Source: Actinomycetota bacterium
GTDB taxonomy: Bacteria > Actinomycetota > Acidimicrobiia > Spongiisociales > UBA4744
Length of the DNA: 46,438 nt
Assembly: GCA_013152275.1 (NCBI GenBank)
Contig: JAADGS010000030.1
Coordinates: 62,001 to 108,438, forward strand
Direction: 5' to 3'
Shown here: one piece after another, positions 18,697-27,711 of the stretch
How the letters are laid out: each line of letters begins with the position of its first letter
Position numbering within the stretch: position 1 is the first letter of the stretch
Notes under the pieces: generated by a model
Database searches by the model: none
The model's input: the letters and a program-made list of their open reading frames with translations, nothing else
Told to the model about the DNA's origin: nothing
Translations under genes and position numbers: made by a program

Positions 18697-19229
18697 ATCT
18701 CGCCTGGATCACCGTGCGAGGATCGGGTCTCGTCGCATTCGCGCTGCTCGCAGCGGCCACACTTTGGGGTCTGGTGATCTCCTCGAGGATGTTGACGCGT
18801 GCCGTCTCAACCAGGAGCACCACGTATGTACACGAAGCGTTGTCGATCGCCGGCCTGCTTGCCACCGTCATCCACGTGGTCGCGCTGCTGACGGACGACT
18901 ATGTCGATTTCAGTCTTCGAGACGTGCTCGTACCGGGCGCGTCGACCTGGGAGCCGGTGGCGGTCGCTCTGGGAATCGTCGCCCTGTACGGCATGGTGCT
19001 GACCAGTTTCACCTTCTACGTCCGCCGGCGGATCGGGCAGAAGGTCTGGAAGGGCATCCACTACCTGACCTACGGGGTGTTCTCCGCCGCACTGATCCAC
19101 AGCATCGAGGCGGGAACGGACAGTCACGGCATCTTCGCCGTCGCGTTGTACGGGGGCACGACCCTGGTCATCGCCATATTCACGATCCTGCGGGTGCTCA
19201 ACTACGAAACACAACCGCGTACCCATTGA
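18693..19229 (+). CDS. Ferric reductase-like transmembrane protein (MsrQ/YedZ-like, heme b)
   Basis: W...RGSG, intramembrane His residues (VHE, IHV, WKGIHYLTY, IHS); ATGA coupling to apbE. Confidence 0.85.
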   Translation: MNLAWITVRGSGLVAFALLAAATLWGLVISSRMLTRAVSTRSTTYVHEALSIAGLLATVIHVVALLTDDYVDFSLRDVLVPGASTWEPVAVALGIVALYGMVLTSFTFYVRRRIGQKVWKGIHYLTYGVFSAALIHSIEAGTDSHGIFAVALYGGTTLVIAIFTILRVLNYETQPRTH

Positions 19230-19280
19230 ACCCAGGGCTCAGGGGGGTCGTGGCGACCCCCCTGAGCCCTGGGTTCAATG
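19224..19280. repeat. Hairpin element family A, copy 2 (perfect 27-bp arms; may act as a bidirectional terminator)
   Basis: CATTGAACCCAGGGCTCAGGGGGGTCG-TGG-exact reverse complement; lies between convergent genes and overlaps the TGA stop. Confidence 0.9.
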
Positions 19281-19290
19281 AATGGGGGGT

Positions 19291-20943
19291 CTACTCCTCG
19301 AGCATCGGGATACGAACCCCCCGCTCCCTGGCAACTTCGATCGCCCGCTCGTAGCCCGCGTCCGCGTGGCGCATCACCCCGGTTCCCGGGTCGTTGGTGA
19401 GCATCAGCTCCAGCCGGCGGGCCGCATCGTCCGTGCCGTCCGCGACGACCTGGGCACCGGCGTGGATCGCCTTGCCGATCCCGACGCCGCCACCATGGTG
19501 CACCGCGACCCAGGCCGCCCCCGAACAGGTGTTCAGCAGGGCGTTGAGGATCGGCCAATCGGCGATCGCATCGGAACCGTCGAGCATCGCCTCGGTTTCC
19601 CGATACGGGGAGGCCACGGAGCCGGAGTCCAGATGGTCACGACCGATCACGATCGGGGCCTTCACCTTCCCCGACCGCACCAACTCGTTGAACGCCAGAC
19701 CCGCTTTCGCCCGCTCGCCGTAGCCAAGCCAGCAGATTCGGGCGGGAAGCCCCTGGAAATGCACCTTCTCCTTGGCGAGCCGGAGCCAGCGTTGGAGCCC
19801 CTGATTCTCCGGGAACAGATCTGCGATCACCTTGTCGGTCTCGGCGATGTCGGCAGGGTCACCGGAAAGGGCAACCCAACGGAACGGGCCCATACCCTCG
19901 CACATGAGCGGCCGCAGGTAGGCGGGCATGAAACCCGGATACGAAAACGCCTGCTCGAACCCGCCGTTCTTGGCCTCGCCACGCAGGTTGTTGCCGTAAT
20001 CGAACACCTCGGCACCCGTATCGATGAAGCCGACCATCGCCGCGCAATGCCGGGCCATGGAGGCGCGGGCCAGGGCGATGTAGCGCTCCGGATCGCTCTT
20101 GCGAAGCTCTGCAGCGGCCCCGACGTCGTAGCCGCTCGGCACGTACCCGTTGAGCGGATCGTGGGCAGATGTCTGGTCGGTGACGATGTCTATGCCGATT
20201 CCGCGGTCGAGGAGCTCTGGAAACATGTCGGCCGCGTTCCCCTGCACACCGATCGACAGCGCCTCACCGCGTGACTTCGCCTGCAGCGCCGTTCGGACCG
20301 CCTCGTCCAGACTCGGGGCGACCACATCGAGGTAGCCGGTATCGATACGCCGCTGGATATGGGCAGGGTCCACCTCGACGACGAGGGCGACTCCCCCGTT
20401 CATCGTGAGCGCCAACGGCTGGGCTCCACCCATCCCACCGAGACCTGCGGTCAACGTCAGCGTTCCCTTCAGTGTCCCGCCGAAGCGCTGCTCGCCGATG
20501 GCGAGGAAGGTCTGATAGGTGCCTTGCAGGATGCCCTGTGTCCCGATGTAGATCCAGGATCCTGCCGTCATCTGTCCGTACATGATCAGACCCTTGGCCT
20601 CGAGATCCCAGAACTGCTCCCACGTGGCCCAGTCGGGCACGAGGAGACTGTTGGCGATGAGTACCCGGGGAGCCATCTCGTGGGTTCGGAACACGCCGAC
20701 CGGCTTGCCGGACTGGATCAGCAGCGTCTCGTCGTTCTCGAGGTCATGGAGACTCTTCACGATCGCATCGAAGGCCTCCCAGCTCCGTGCCGCCTTGCCT
20801 CGTCCCCCGTAGACGATGAGTTCGTCGGGATTCTCGGCGACCTCGGGATCGAGGTTGTTCATCAGACAGCGGAGTGCGGCTTCCTGCAACCAGCCCTTCG
20901 TGTTGAGCGTGGTGCCCCGAGGGGCATGGATTTCTCTGCTCAT
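19291..20943 (-). CDS. hutU: Urocanate hydratase
   Basis: [62 protein letters not shown]. Confidence 0.98.
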   Translation of the reverse strand: MSREIHAPRGTTLNTKGWLQEAALRCLMNNLDPEVAENPDELIVYGGRGKAARSWEAFDAIVKSLHDLENDETLLIQSGKPVGVFRTHEMAPRVLIANSLLVPDWATWEQFWDLEAKGLIMYGQMTAGSWIYIGTQGILQGTYQTFLAIGEQRFGGTLKGTLTLTAGLGGMGGAQPLALTMNGGVALVVEVDPAHIQRRIDTGYLDVVAPSLDEAVRTALQAKSRGEALSIGVQGNAADMFPELLDRGIGIDIVTDQTSAHDPLNGYVPSGYDVGAAAELRKSDPERYIALARASMARHCAAMVGFIDTGAEVFDYGNNLRGEAKNGGFEQAFSYPGFMPAYLRPLMCEGMGPFRWVALSGDPADIAETDKVIADLFPENQGLQRWLRLAKEKVHFQGLPARICWLGYGERAKAGLAFNELVRSGKVKAPIVIGRDHLDSGSVASPYRETEAMLDGSDAIADWPILNALLNTCSGAAWVAVHHGGGVGIGKAIHAGAQVVADGTDDAARRLELMLTNDPGTGVMRHADAGYERAIEVARERGVRIPMLEE

Positions 20944-21011
20944 GATGTCCTCCTCCACAAAGCGTACCGCCAACCGTCCATCGTCCGCCCGGCAGTGGTA
21001 GCTTCCAGGGC

Positions 21012-21284
21012 ATGCCAGACATCTCCGTGATCCAGACCGCTGCAGATCAGTACACGGTGCAGGTCGGCGATGAGAAGAGCTCGACCGTGCACAGTGTGCG
21101 AGTGAAGGAGGCGGACGTTCAGCGGCTCGCCCCCGACGCCGATGCCGTCCGCCTGATCGAAGAGTCGTTCCGGTTCCTGTTGGAACGAGAACCCAAGGAG
21201 TCGATCCTCCGTACGTTCGACTTGCCTGTGATCGCCCGGTACTTCCCCGAGTACGAAGCGCAGATTCGCTCTCGCCTCAGCTGA
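21012..21284 (+). CDS. Small hypothetical protein
   Basis: Protein-like composition with [28 protein letters not shown] lies 7 nt before the ATG. Confidence 0.8.
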   Translation: MPDISVIQTAADQYTVQVGDEKSSTVHSVRVKEADVQRLAPDADAVRLIEESFRFLLEREPKESILRTFDLPVIARYFPEYEAQIRSRLS

Positions 21285-22791
21285 GTCCCGCCGCGGCGAG
21301 CAGCGAACCGGCATCGATCAGACGCGCCACGGCTTCGATCTCGACGCCCGGCGGCCGGTCACCGGTCACCGGCGGCACGACCTCGCGAACGACCCGCATC
21401 GCGGCGGCGGTGTGCACGGACGGTGTCGACGGCGCCCGAAGTTCGACGCCTCGAACGGCACAGAGGATCTCGACCGCCAGCACCCGCTCGACGTTGTCCA
21501 GAACCTGCCACAGCTTGCGGGCGGCACCCCAGCCCATCGAGACATGGTCCTCCTGAGAACCCGAGGTTGGTATCGACTCCACGGAAGCCGGATGGGCAAG
21601 CACCCTGTTCTCGGCGACGAGAGCCGCCGCCGTGTACTGCGTGAGCATGTAGCCCGAGTCGACTCCGGGATTGACGGCCAGGAATGCAGGAAGCCCCGAG
21701 GAACGCTCGGGGTCCAGAAGCCGATCGGTGCGTCGTTCGGAGATCGACGACAGCTCCGTCACGGCGATCGCCATCAGGTCGAGTGCGATTGCGAGAGGTT
21801 GACCATGGAAGTTTCCTCCCGACACGATGTCACCGGTCGAAGGAAAGACGATGGGGTTGTCGACGACGGCACCCAACTCGCGGGTGAACACGTCCCTCGC
21901 ATAACCCAGGGCGTCGCGAACGGCACCGTGCACCTGTGGAGCGCAGCGAAGGCTGTAGGCGTCCTGCACGGCATGGGTGAAGTCGTCCCGATGACTGGCA
22001 ACGATCGCGGAGCCTTCGAGAAGCCGCCCGATGAGTCCCGCCGACTTGATCTGCCCCGGATGGGGGCGAAGCGCGTGAATCTCCGGCCTGAACGGACGTG
22101 CGCTTCCAAGCAGCGCCTCGACAGACAGGGCGCACGCCAGATCGGCGGTGGCCGCCAGCCGTTCCGCTCGGACGAGTTCCAGGACCCCCTGCGCCAGCAT
22201 CCCTTCGGTCCCATTGAGCAGGCTCAACCCCTCCTTGGCCTGAAGGCGAATCGGCTCGATGCCGTACTCGACGAGCACCTCCGCGGAGGGTCGGACGGCC
22301 CCTGCCGCCTTCACGAAGCCCTCCCCGATGAGTGGAAGAGCCAGGTGCGCGAACGGGGCAAGGTCGCCTGAGGCGCCGACGGATCCTTGCGCGGGGACCA
22401 CCGGGAGTAGATCCTTGTTCAAGAACTCGAGGTAGCGCTCCGGGAGGACCGCCCGCACACCGGAGTGGCCCTGCGAGAGTGTGCGGGCGCGCAAGAGGAG
22501 CATCGCCCGAACGATCTCGTCGTCGAGGGGCGCGCCGACACCGGCCGCATGGCTGCGCAGGAGATGCACCTGGAGGGCTTCGGCTTCCTCCCTCCCGATT
22601 CGGGTGTTGGCAAGCGCACCGAACCCGGTGGTGACGCCATAGACGGTTCGCTCTTCGGCGATCACCTCTTCGATGAGCCTTCGCGCCGGCGCCATCCGTG
22701 CAGGTACCGAGGCTGCGAGTTCAACCGGTTCACGGCGTTCCGCCACCGCCACAACCTGCTCGGGGCTCAACGGCCCGCCGTCGATCAGCAT
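21277..22791 (-). CDS. hutH: Histidine ammonia-lyase
   Basis: YGVTTGFG, MIO-forming GASGDL, KEGLSLLNG, QDAYSLRC, GGNFHG, QEDHVSMG. Confidence 0.97.
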   Translation of the reverse strand: MLIDGGPLSPEQVVAVAERREPVELAASVPARMAPARRLIEEVIAEERTVYGVTTGFGALANTRIGREEAEALQVHLLRSHAAGVGAPLDDEIVRAMLLLRARTLSQGHSGVRAVLPERYLEFLNKDLLPVVPAQGSVGASGDLAPFAHLALPLIGEGFVKAAGAVRPSAEVLVEYGIEPIRLQAKEGLSLLNGTEGMLAQGVLELVRAERLAATADLACALSVEALLGSARPFRPEIHALRPHPGQIKSAGLIGRLLEGSAIVASHRDDFTHAVQDAYSLRCAPQVHGAVRDALGYARDVFTRELGAVVDNPIVFPSTGDIVSGGNFHGQPLAIALDLMAIAVTELSSISERRTDRLLDPERSSGLPAFLAVNPGVDSGYMLTQYTAAALVAENRVLAHPASVESIPTSGSQEDHVSMGWGAARKLWQVLDNVERVLAVEILCAVRGVELRAPSTPSVHTAAAMRVVREVVPPVTGDRPPGVEIEAVARLIDAGSLLAAAGLS

Positions 22792-23136
22792 CTCGTCTCC
22801 TCTTCCCGGTGCAACCAGCGTACTTGCATCGCGCGAGCCTCCACATCATCACAACCGTTGGATATCGGCCGTAATGCAAAGACATACATATATGCACCGC
22901 GGCTCTGTCGACATCGTATACCCGCCGGTTCGTTCGCCGATGTGACCGGCGTCTCGCGCTCCACATGGACGAGAGCTTGCGGCACGCCTCGGTCGATCCC
23001 CCCACCGACCTCCGGCAGATTCGCACCGACGAGACCCGTCGCGTCTACGAGCAGGCGAGTTCCGGCTTGTCACGCCGGAAGTGGAAATCCGCAAGACGAG
23101 TACCCTGCAAGGAAGCGACTACGGAAAGGTGCCACG

Positions 23137-23577
23137 ATGGCGGAACGGGATCTGATTGCCGAGGCTCGAGACCGACGCCAACCGCTGCACGACGCCGCCG
23201 ACGCCCTCGAACTGGCCGCGGCGGGACCTGTCGGCGCCGGCTCGATCTGGCAAGACCGCATCCGAAAAGAACTCACGAACGTCACAGCCGCTCTCGCCGA
23301 CCACATCGAGAAGACGGAGGGACCGGACGGCCTCTACCGGGAACTCATCACCCTGGCGCCTCGTATCTCCAACGACATCCGCCTGCTCACCGCAGACCAC
23401 GCCGTCATCAAAGGAATGATCGACGAGATAGAAATCGCCTTCGATGCCGAGGATGTTGAAACGAGTTTGGTCCGTGAGCACATCACCCAGCTCCTCGGAC
23501 GCATCACCCGGCACCGCCAGAAGGGCGCCGACCTGGTGTACGAGGCATACCAGGTGGACATCGGCGGGCAATCCTGA
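23137..23577 (+). CDS. Hemerythrin-like four-helix protein
   Basis: Helical, with spaced His residues (LHD, DHIEKTE, DHA, RHRQ); GAAAGG RBS; ends EAYQVDIGG. Confidence 0.7.
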   Translation: MAERDLIAEARDRRQPLHDAADALELAAAGPVGAGSIWQDRIRKELTNVTAALADHIEKTEGPDGLYRELITLAPRISNDIRLLTADHAVIKGMIDEIEIAFDAEDVETSLVREHITQLLGRITRHRQKGADLVYEAYQVDIGGQS

Positions 23578-23643
23578 CCCTTCGTCCAGCGGTCACCTGT
23601 GCACGAAACTGAGCACATGGTGTTGGCTCGACGGAACATCTCA

Positions 23644-23696
23644 CTGAACCCTGGGCTCGTAGGGGTCGTGACGACCCCTACGAGCCCAGGGTTCAG
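23644..23696. repeat. Hairpin element family A, copy 3 (perfect palindrome, 26-bp arms)
   Basis: CTGAACCCTGGGCTCGTAGGGGTCGT-G-ACGACCCCTACGAGCCCAGGGTTCAG. Confidence 0.9.
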
Positions 23697-23753
23697 GCGT
23701 ACTACCCCTTTGATCTCGGGCGGCCGACCGGCACGGCACTATCCTTGCTGCGC

Positions 23754-24353
23754 ATGCCAACCATCGCCGTCATCGGTTCTTCGCGCACGCAACCGGACCA
23801 TCCGGACTACCAGGATGCGCAGCGACTGGGCCGACTTCTGGCAGACGCGGGATTCACCGTCGCCAGCGGAGGCTACGGCGGGCTGATGGAAGCCGTTTCG
23901 AAGGGAGCCCGATCGGTGGGCGGCCCGGTCGTCGGCGTGACCGCACCCGGCGTATTCCCCGACAGGGCCAGAGTCAACGAGTACGTGACCGACGAGCAGC
24001 CTGCAGAAACGCTCACCGAGCGAATCCACCGGCTGGTGTATGGCTCCGACGCGGTCGTCGCCCTGCCCGGAAGCATCGGCACCCTCACCGAGCTGATGTC
24101 GGCCTGGAATCTGGCGTATGTCGCCCCGTTCAGCGGAAGGATGCCCAAGCCCGTCGTCGCCGTCGGGGCCCTCTGGGCCGAGGTCGTCTCATGGCTGGCC
24201 GAACGCCTGGAGACCGACGGCACGCTTGTCACCCTCGTCGACAACGTCGACGAGGCCTTTCGCGAGATCGTCGAACGTGTGAAATCTATCACCGCGCCGG
24301 AACGGCCCGGTATGCTGAACGGCGGAGCGGATACATCGGGAGCATTGCCCTGA
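23754..24353 (+). CDS. LOG family protein
   Basis: IAVIGSS, SGGYGGLMEAVSKGA, LPGSIGTLTEL. Confidence 0.9.
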   Translation: MPTIAVIGSSRTQPDHPDYQDAQRLGRLLADAGFTVASGGYGGLMEAVSKGARSVGGPVVGVTAPGVFPDRARVNEYVTDEQPAETLTERIHRLVYGSDAVVALPGSIGTLTELMSAWNLAYVAPFSGRMPKPVVAVGALWAEVVSWLAERLETDGTLVTLVDNVDEAFREIVERVKSITAPERPGMLNGGADTSGALP

Positions 24354-24358
24354 AAGCA

Positions 24359-24631
24359 ATGAACCAACAAGCCAAGCCAATTCGAGGAAAACACCGGGCC
24401 CGTACGCAGGCGAACGGCTGTCGGGACGGTCACCACCGGTTCGGCAAACCTGCATCGGTCGGTGGCGGCCTCCTCCGCAGAGTCTGTGATCTCTGTGGAG
24501 AGGTGAGTCTCGATCTGCGTCCCGCCGAGGAGCCCCGAAAAGCCTCCCTCTTCGTCAGCGTCGTCGATACGCGCCAGGCCGTGCACCTCAAGGCCAGGTT
24601 GTCACGCCAGCCCCGCCGTCAGCGAGTGTGA
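24359..24631 (+). CDS. Small basic hypothetical protein with C-x3-H...CxxC (possible Zn ribbon)
   Basis: Fills the gap between the LOG stop and glycerate kinase; GTGA overlap with the next start; CRDGHH...CDLCG. Confidence 0.55.
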   Translation: MNQQAKPIRGKHRARTQANGCRDGHHRFGKPASVGGGLLRRVCDLCGEVSLDLRPAEEPRKASLFVSVVDTRQAVHLKARLSRQPRRQRV

Positions 24632-25929
24632 CCGTACCCTTCGACCCTGGCGTCCTCCGCAATGATCCAGAACATCGTGCGCTGATCCTGGACCTGTTCA
24701 CCGGAGCTCTCGACGAGGTCGATCCCTATCGGGCGGTCGCACGCCGGCTGCGGCTCGTCGACGGCACCGTGACGATCGACGGCGTCGCCATGACGAACAC
24801 CGACCGCATCATCGTGCTGGCCTTCGGCAAGGCCGCTCCATCCATGGCTCGTGCCGTCGCCGACATACTTCCCCTCGACACCGGTCTGGTGATTTCGAAT
24901 CATCCGGAACCCCTCCCCCCGCCCTTGGAACTCGTGCCGGCCGGTCATCCGCTCCCCGACGACCGCAGTGTCGCCGGAGCGCGCCGCCTGCTCCGGCTCG
25001 GCTCGGAAGCGACGGCGGGCGACCTCGTACTCTGTCTGATCTCAGGTGGTGGTTCCGCCTTGGCGGAAATCCCAGCGCCCGACCTGACGCTCTCAGACCT
25101 CCAAGAGACCGTCAGGCTGTTGCTGACATCAGGAGCACCGATCGAAGAGATCAACACGGTGCGCACCCACCTATCGGCCTTCAAGGGCGGCCGCCTCGCC
25201 CAGGCGGTGGCGCCGGCGCGCCTTGTCACCCTCGTCCTCTCCGATATCGTGGACAGCCCGATTCCGTTCATCGCCTCGGGCCCGACCGTCGCCGATCCAA
25301 CCACCTACGCCGACGCTCTCGACATCCTCGAACGCTACGAACTCACACACCTGGTTCCCCCACGAGTCCTCCGCCACCTCAGGCTCGGTGCCGATGGTGT
25401 CATCGCCGAGACACCCAAGACGGACCTTCCTGATCACCGGGTCGTGATCGTCGCCGACGGCGCCACGGCGGCCGAGGGGGCCCGACGGGTCGCGAAACGT
25501 ATCGGGTTGTCGGCCACGATCGCCACGACGACACTCACCGGCGAAGCCCGGGAAGCGGCCGTCGCCTGCATCGGCGGTGCCGGCACCGGTATCACGATCT
25601 TCGCCGGCGAGACCACCGTGACCGTACGCGGCGGGGGCCTGGGCGGGAGGAATCAGGAAGCGGCGCTGGCGGCAGCCACGGTGATCGAGACGAACCCGGA
25701 CATCGTGTTCGCGACGCTCGCCACCGACGGTGTCGACGGACCGACGGATGCGGCCGGTGCAATCGTCGACGGCTCGACCCTTTCGCGTGGTCGAGCCCTC
25801 GGCCTCGATGCGGCGGCGGCGCTCGAGAGCAACGATGCGTATCCGTACCTGCAGGCGACCGCCGATCTGCTCATGACCGGACCGACGGGCACGAACGTCG
25901 GGGACGTGTGGGTGGTCTGGCGATGGTGA
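24628..25929 (+). CDS. Glycerate 2-kinase (type II, DUF4147/MOFRL)
   Basis: GKAA, GHPLPD, LISGGGSAL, KGGRLA, IASGPT, GETTV, GGRNQE, TDGVDG, TGTNVGD. Confidence 0.95.
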   Translation: MTVPFDPGVLRNDPEHRALILDLFTGALDEVDPYRAVARRLRLVDGTVTIDGVAMTNTDRIIVLAFGKAAPSMARAVADILPLDTGLVISNHPEPLPPPLELVPAGHPLPDDRSVAGARRLLRLGSEATAGDLVLCLISGGGSALAEIPAPDLTLSDLQETVRLLLTSGAPIEEINTVRTHLSAFKGGRLAQAVAPARLVTLVLSDIVDSPIPFIASGPTVADPTTYADALDILERYELTHLVPPRVLRHLRLGADGVIAETPKTDLPDHRVVIVADGATAAEGARRVAKRIGLSATIATTTLTGEAREAAVACIGGAGTGITIFAGETTVTVRGGGLGGRNQEAALAAATVIETNPDIVFATLATDGVDGPTDAAGAIVDGSTLSRGRALGLDAAAALESNDAYPYLQATADLLMTGPTGTNVGDVWVVWRW

Positions 25930-27587
25930 ACTCGCCGATGAGACGACGTGAAATCCTCGACCTGCTCTACGGGTCTGGAGCACCGGAGACCGCGTTACGC
26001 CTCGAACGACTCCTCGAAGAGCATCGCTCCGAACGCGAGGCCGGCAAGCTCTGGAGCGAACAGGACGCGTGGGTCATCACCTATCCGGATCAGTTTCGAC
26101 GGCCGGAAGAACCGACGCTGCAGACGCTCCACAGCTTCTTCGACGGCCATCTCTCCCCCTGGATGAACGGCATACATGTGCTGCCGTTCTATCCCTGGTC
26201 CTCCGATGACGGGTTCGCGGTCATCGATCCGACCGCGGTCGATCCTGCCTACGGAACGTGGAGCGATATCGAGACGCTCGCCGAGCGGCACCGCCTCGTT
26301 CTCGATGCGGTCGTCAACCACCTGTCGGCCGAAAGCATCTGGTTCCGGCGGTATCTCTCCGGTGATCCTGCCTACGAGGACTACTTCCTGACCGCCGATC
26401 CGAACACCGACCTCACGAGTGTCGTGCGCCCACGGACCACCCCGCTGCTGACACGATTCACCTCGGCGACCGGCGAACGGTGGGTCTGGACCACATTCTC
26501 GGCCGACCAGGTCGATCTCAACTATCACAATCCGAACGTTCTCCTGGAAATGATTCGTGTACTCCTCGGCTACGCGGCACACGGAGCGTCGGTGATCCGC
26601 CTCGACGCGATCGCGCTCGTCTGGAAGGAACTCGGCACATCCTGCATGAGCCTGCCCCAGACGCATGCCTTCGTCGAACTCATCCGCTCATGTCTCGACG
26701 CCACCTATCCGGGGACGCTCCTCCTCACCGAGACCAACGTCCCCCATGATGAGAACGTCTCATACTTCGGTTCGGACGCCCGACCGGAGGCACACATCGT
26801 CTACCAATTCCCTCTTGCGCCGCTGGTTCTTCACACGTTCGCAACCGGGGACTCGACGGCCCTCACCACGTGGGCGGCATCGCTCGACACACGGACCGGC
26901 ACGACCTTCCTCAACTTCCTCGCCTCGCACGACGGTGTCGGGGTACGCCCGGTCGAGGGAATCCTCACCCCGAGTCAGATCGGTGCCTTGTGCGACCTCT
27001 CGATCGCATCGGGCGGAGCTGTCGGAGAGCGCACGTTGGGTGATGGCACCACATCTCCCTACGAGATCAACGCGACATGGTTCGATCTGCTGGCCGCCGG
27101 CCACGACGAACATGCGGCGATCGCCAGGCACCTTGCGAGTCACGCCATCATGTTCGCCCTTCGCGGCATCCCCGCGGTGTATGTGCACAGCCTGTTCGGT
27201 ACCGGCAACGACACCCGCGCGTACGAACGGACCGGTTTGCGACGAAGCCTCAACCGGCACAGGTTCGACGATGTCGATGCACTCGAACGAAACCTCCAGG
27301 ACGGTGCAACGAAGGCGCACCGAATCCTGCATGGGATGCGGAGGATGCTCGAACGGCGACGCGACCATCCCGCCTTCCACCCCGATGCCCGACAGCGCAT
27401 CCTCGATGCGCCCCGCGGCCTCGTGGCGGTCGAACGGTGGACGCCCGATACGGCGGCACGGGTCATCGTCAACGCAACGTCCACACCCGTCGATGTCCGT
27501 CACCTCACCCGATCGTGGCGGGAGATCACAAGCGATCGGCCCGCGCCGGTGCTGAGCGGATGGCAGTCGCTCTGGCTCACGCAGTAG
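25923..27587 (+). CDS. GH13_18 sugar phosphorylase, probably glucosylglycerate phosphorylase (YcjM-like)
   Basis: SSDDGF, DAVVNH, WTTFSADQVDLN, RLDA (nucleophile), TETN (acid/base), SHDG, YEIN. Confidence 0.85.
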   Translation: MVNSPMRRREILDLLYGSGAPETALRLERLLEEHRSEREAGKLWSEQDAWVITYPDQFRRPEEPTLQTLHSFFDGHLSPWMNGIHVLPFYPWSSDDGFAVIDPTAVDPAYGTWSDIETLAERHRLVLDAVVNHLSAESIWFRRYLSGDPAYEDYFLTADPNTDLTSVVRPRTTPLLTRFTSATGERWVWTTFSADQVDLNYHNPNVLLEMIRVLLGYAAHGASVIRLDAIALVWKELGTSCMSLPQTHAFVELIRSCLDATYPGTLLLTETNVPHDENVSYFGSDARPEAHIVYQFPLAPLVLHTFATGDSTALTTWAASLDTRTGTTFLNFLASHDGVGVRPVEGILTPSQIGALCDLSIASGGAVGERTLGDGTTSPYEINATWFDLLAAGHDEHAAIARHLASHAIMFALRGIPAVYVHSLFGTGNDTRAYERTGLRRSLNRHRFDDVDALERNLQDGATKAHRILHGMRRMLERRRDHPAFHPDARQRILDAPRGLVAVERWTPDTAARVIVNATSTPVDVRHLTRSWREITSDRPAPVLSGWQSLWLTQ

Positions 27588-27711
27588 AAACCTGAATCCC
27601 GTCTGCACGACGCGCCCAGCGTTGGTAGGGTCGAAGACACGACCAGGAGAAGGGGCTTGCGTCAACCGCCCGTGCGCGGTCAAACCCCCTTCGCGTTAGG
27701 AGGAGGTAACT

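Noticed and set aside
22785..22985. Short minus-strand ORF overlapping the hutH start as a histidine leader peptide
   Set aside because: No His-codon run and no attenuator structure seen.
22965..23459. 164-aa + strand ORF upstream of and overlapping the hemerythrin-like gene
   Set aside because: It overlaps the better-supported 23137-23577 gene out of frame and has no RBS or motif.
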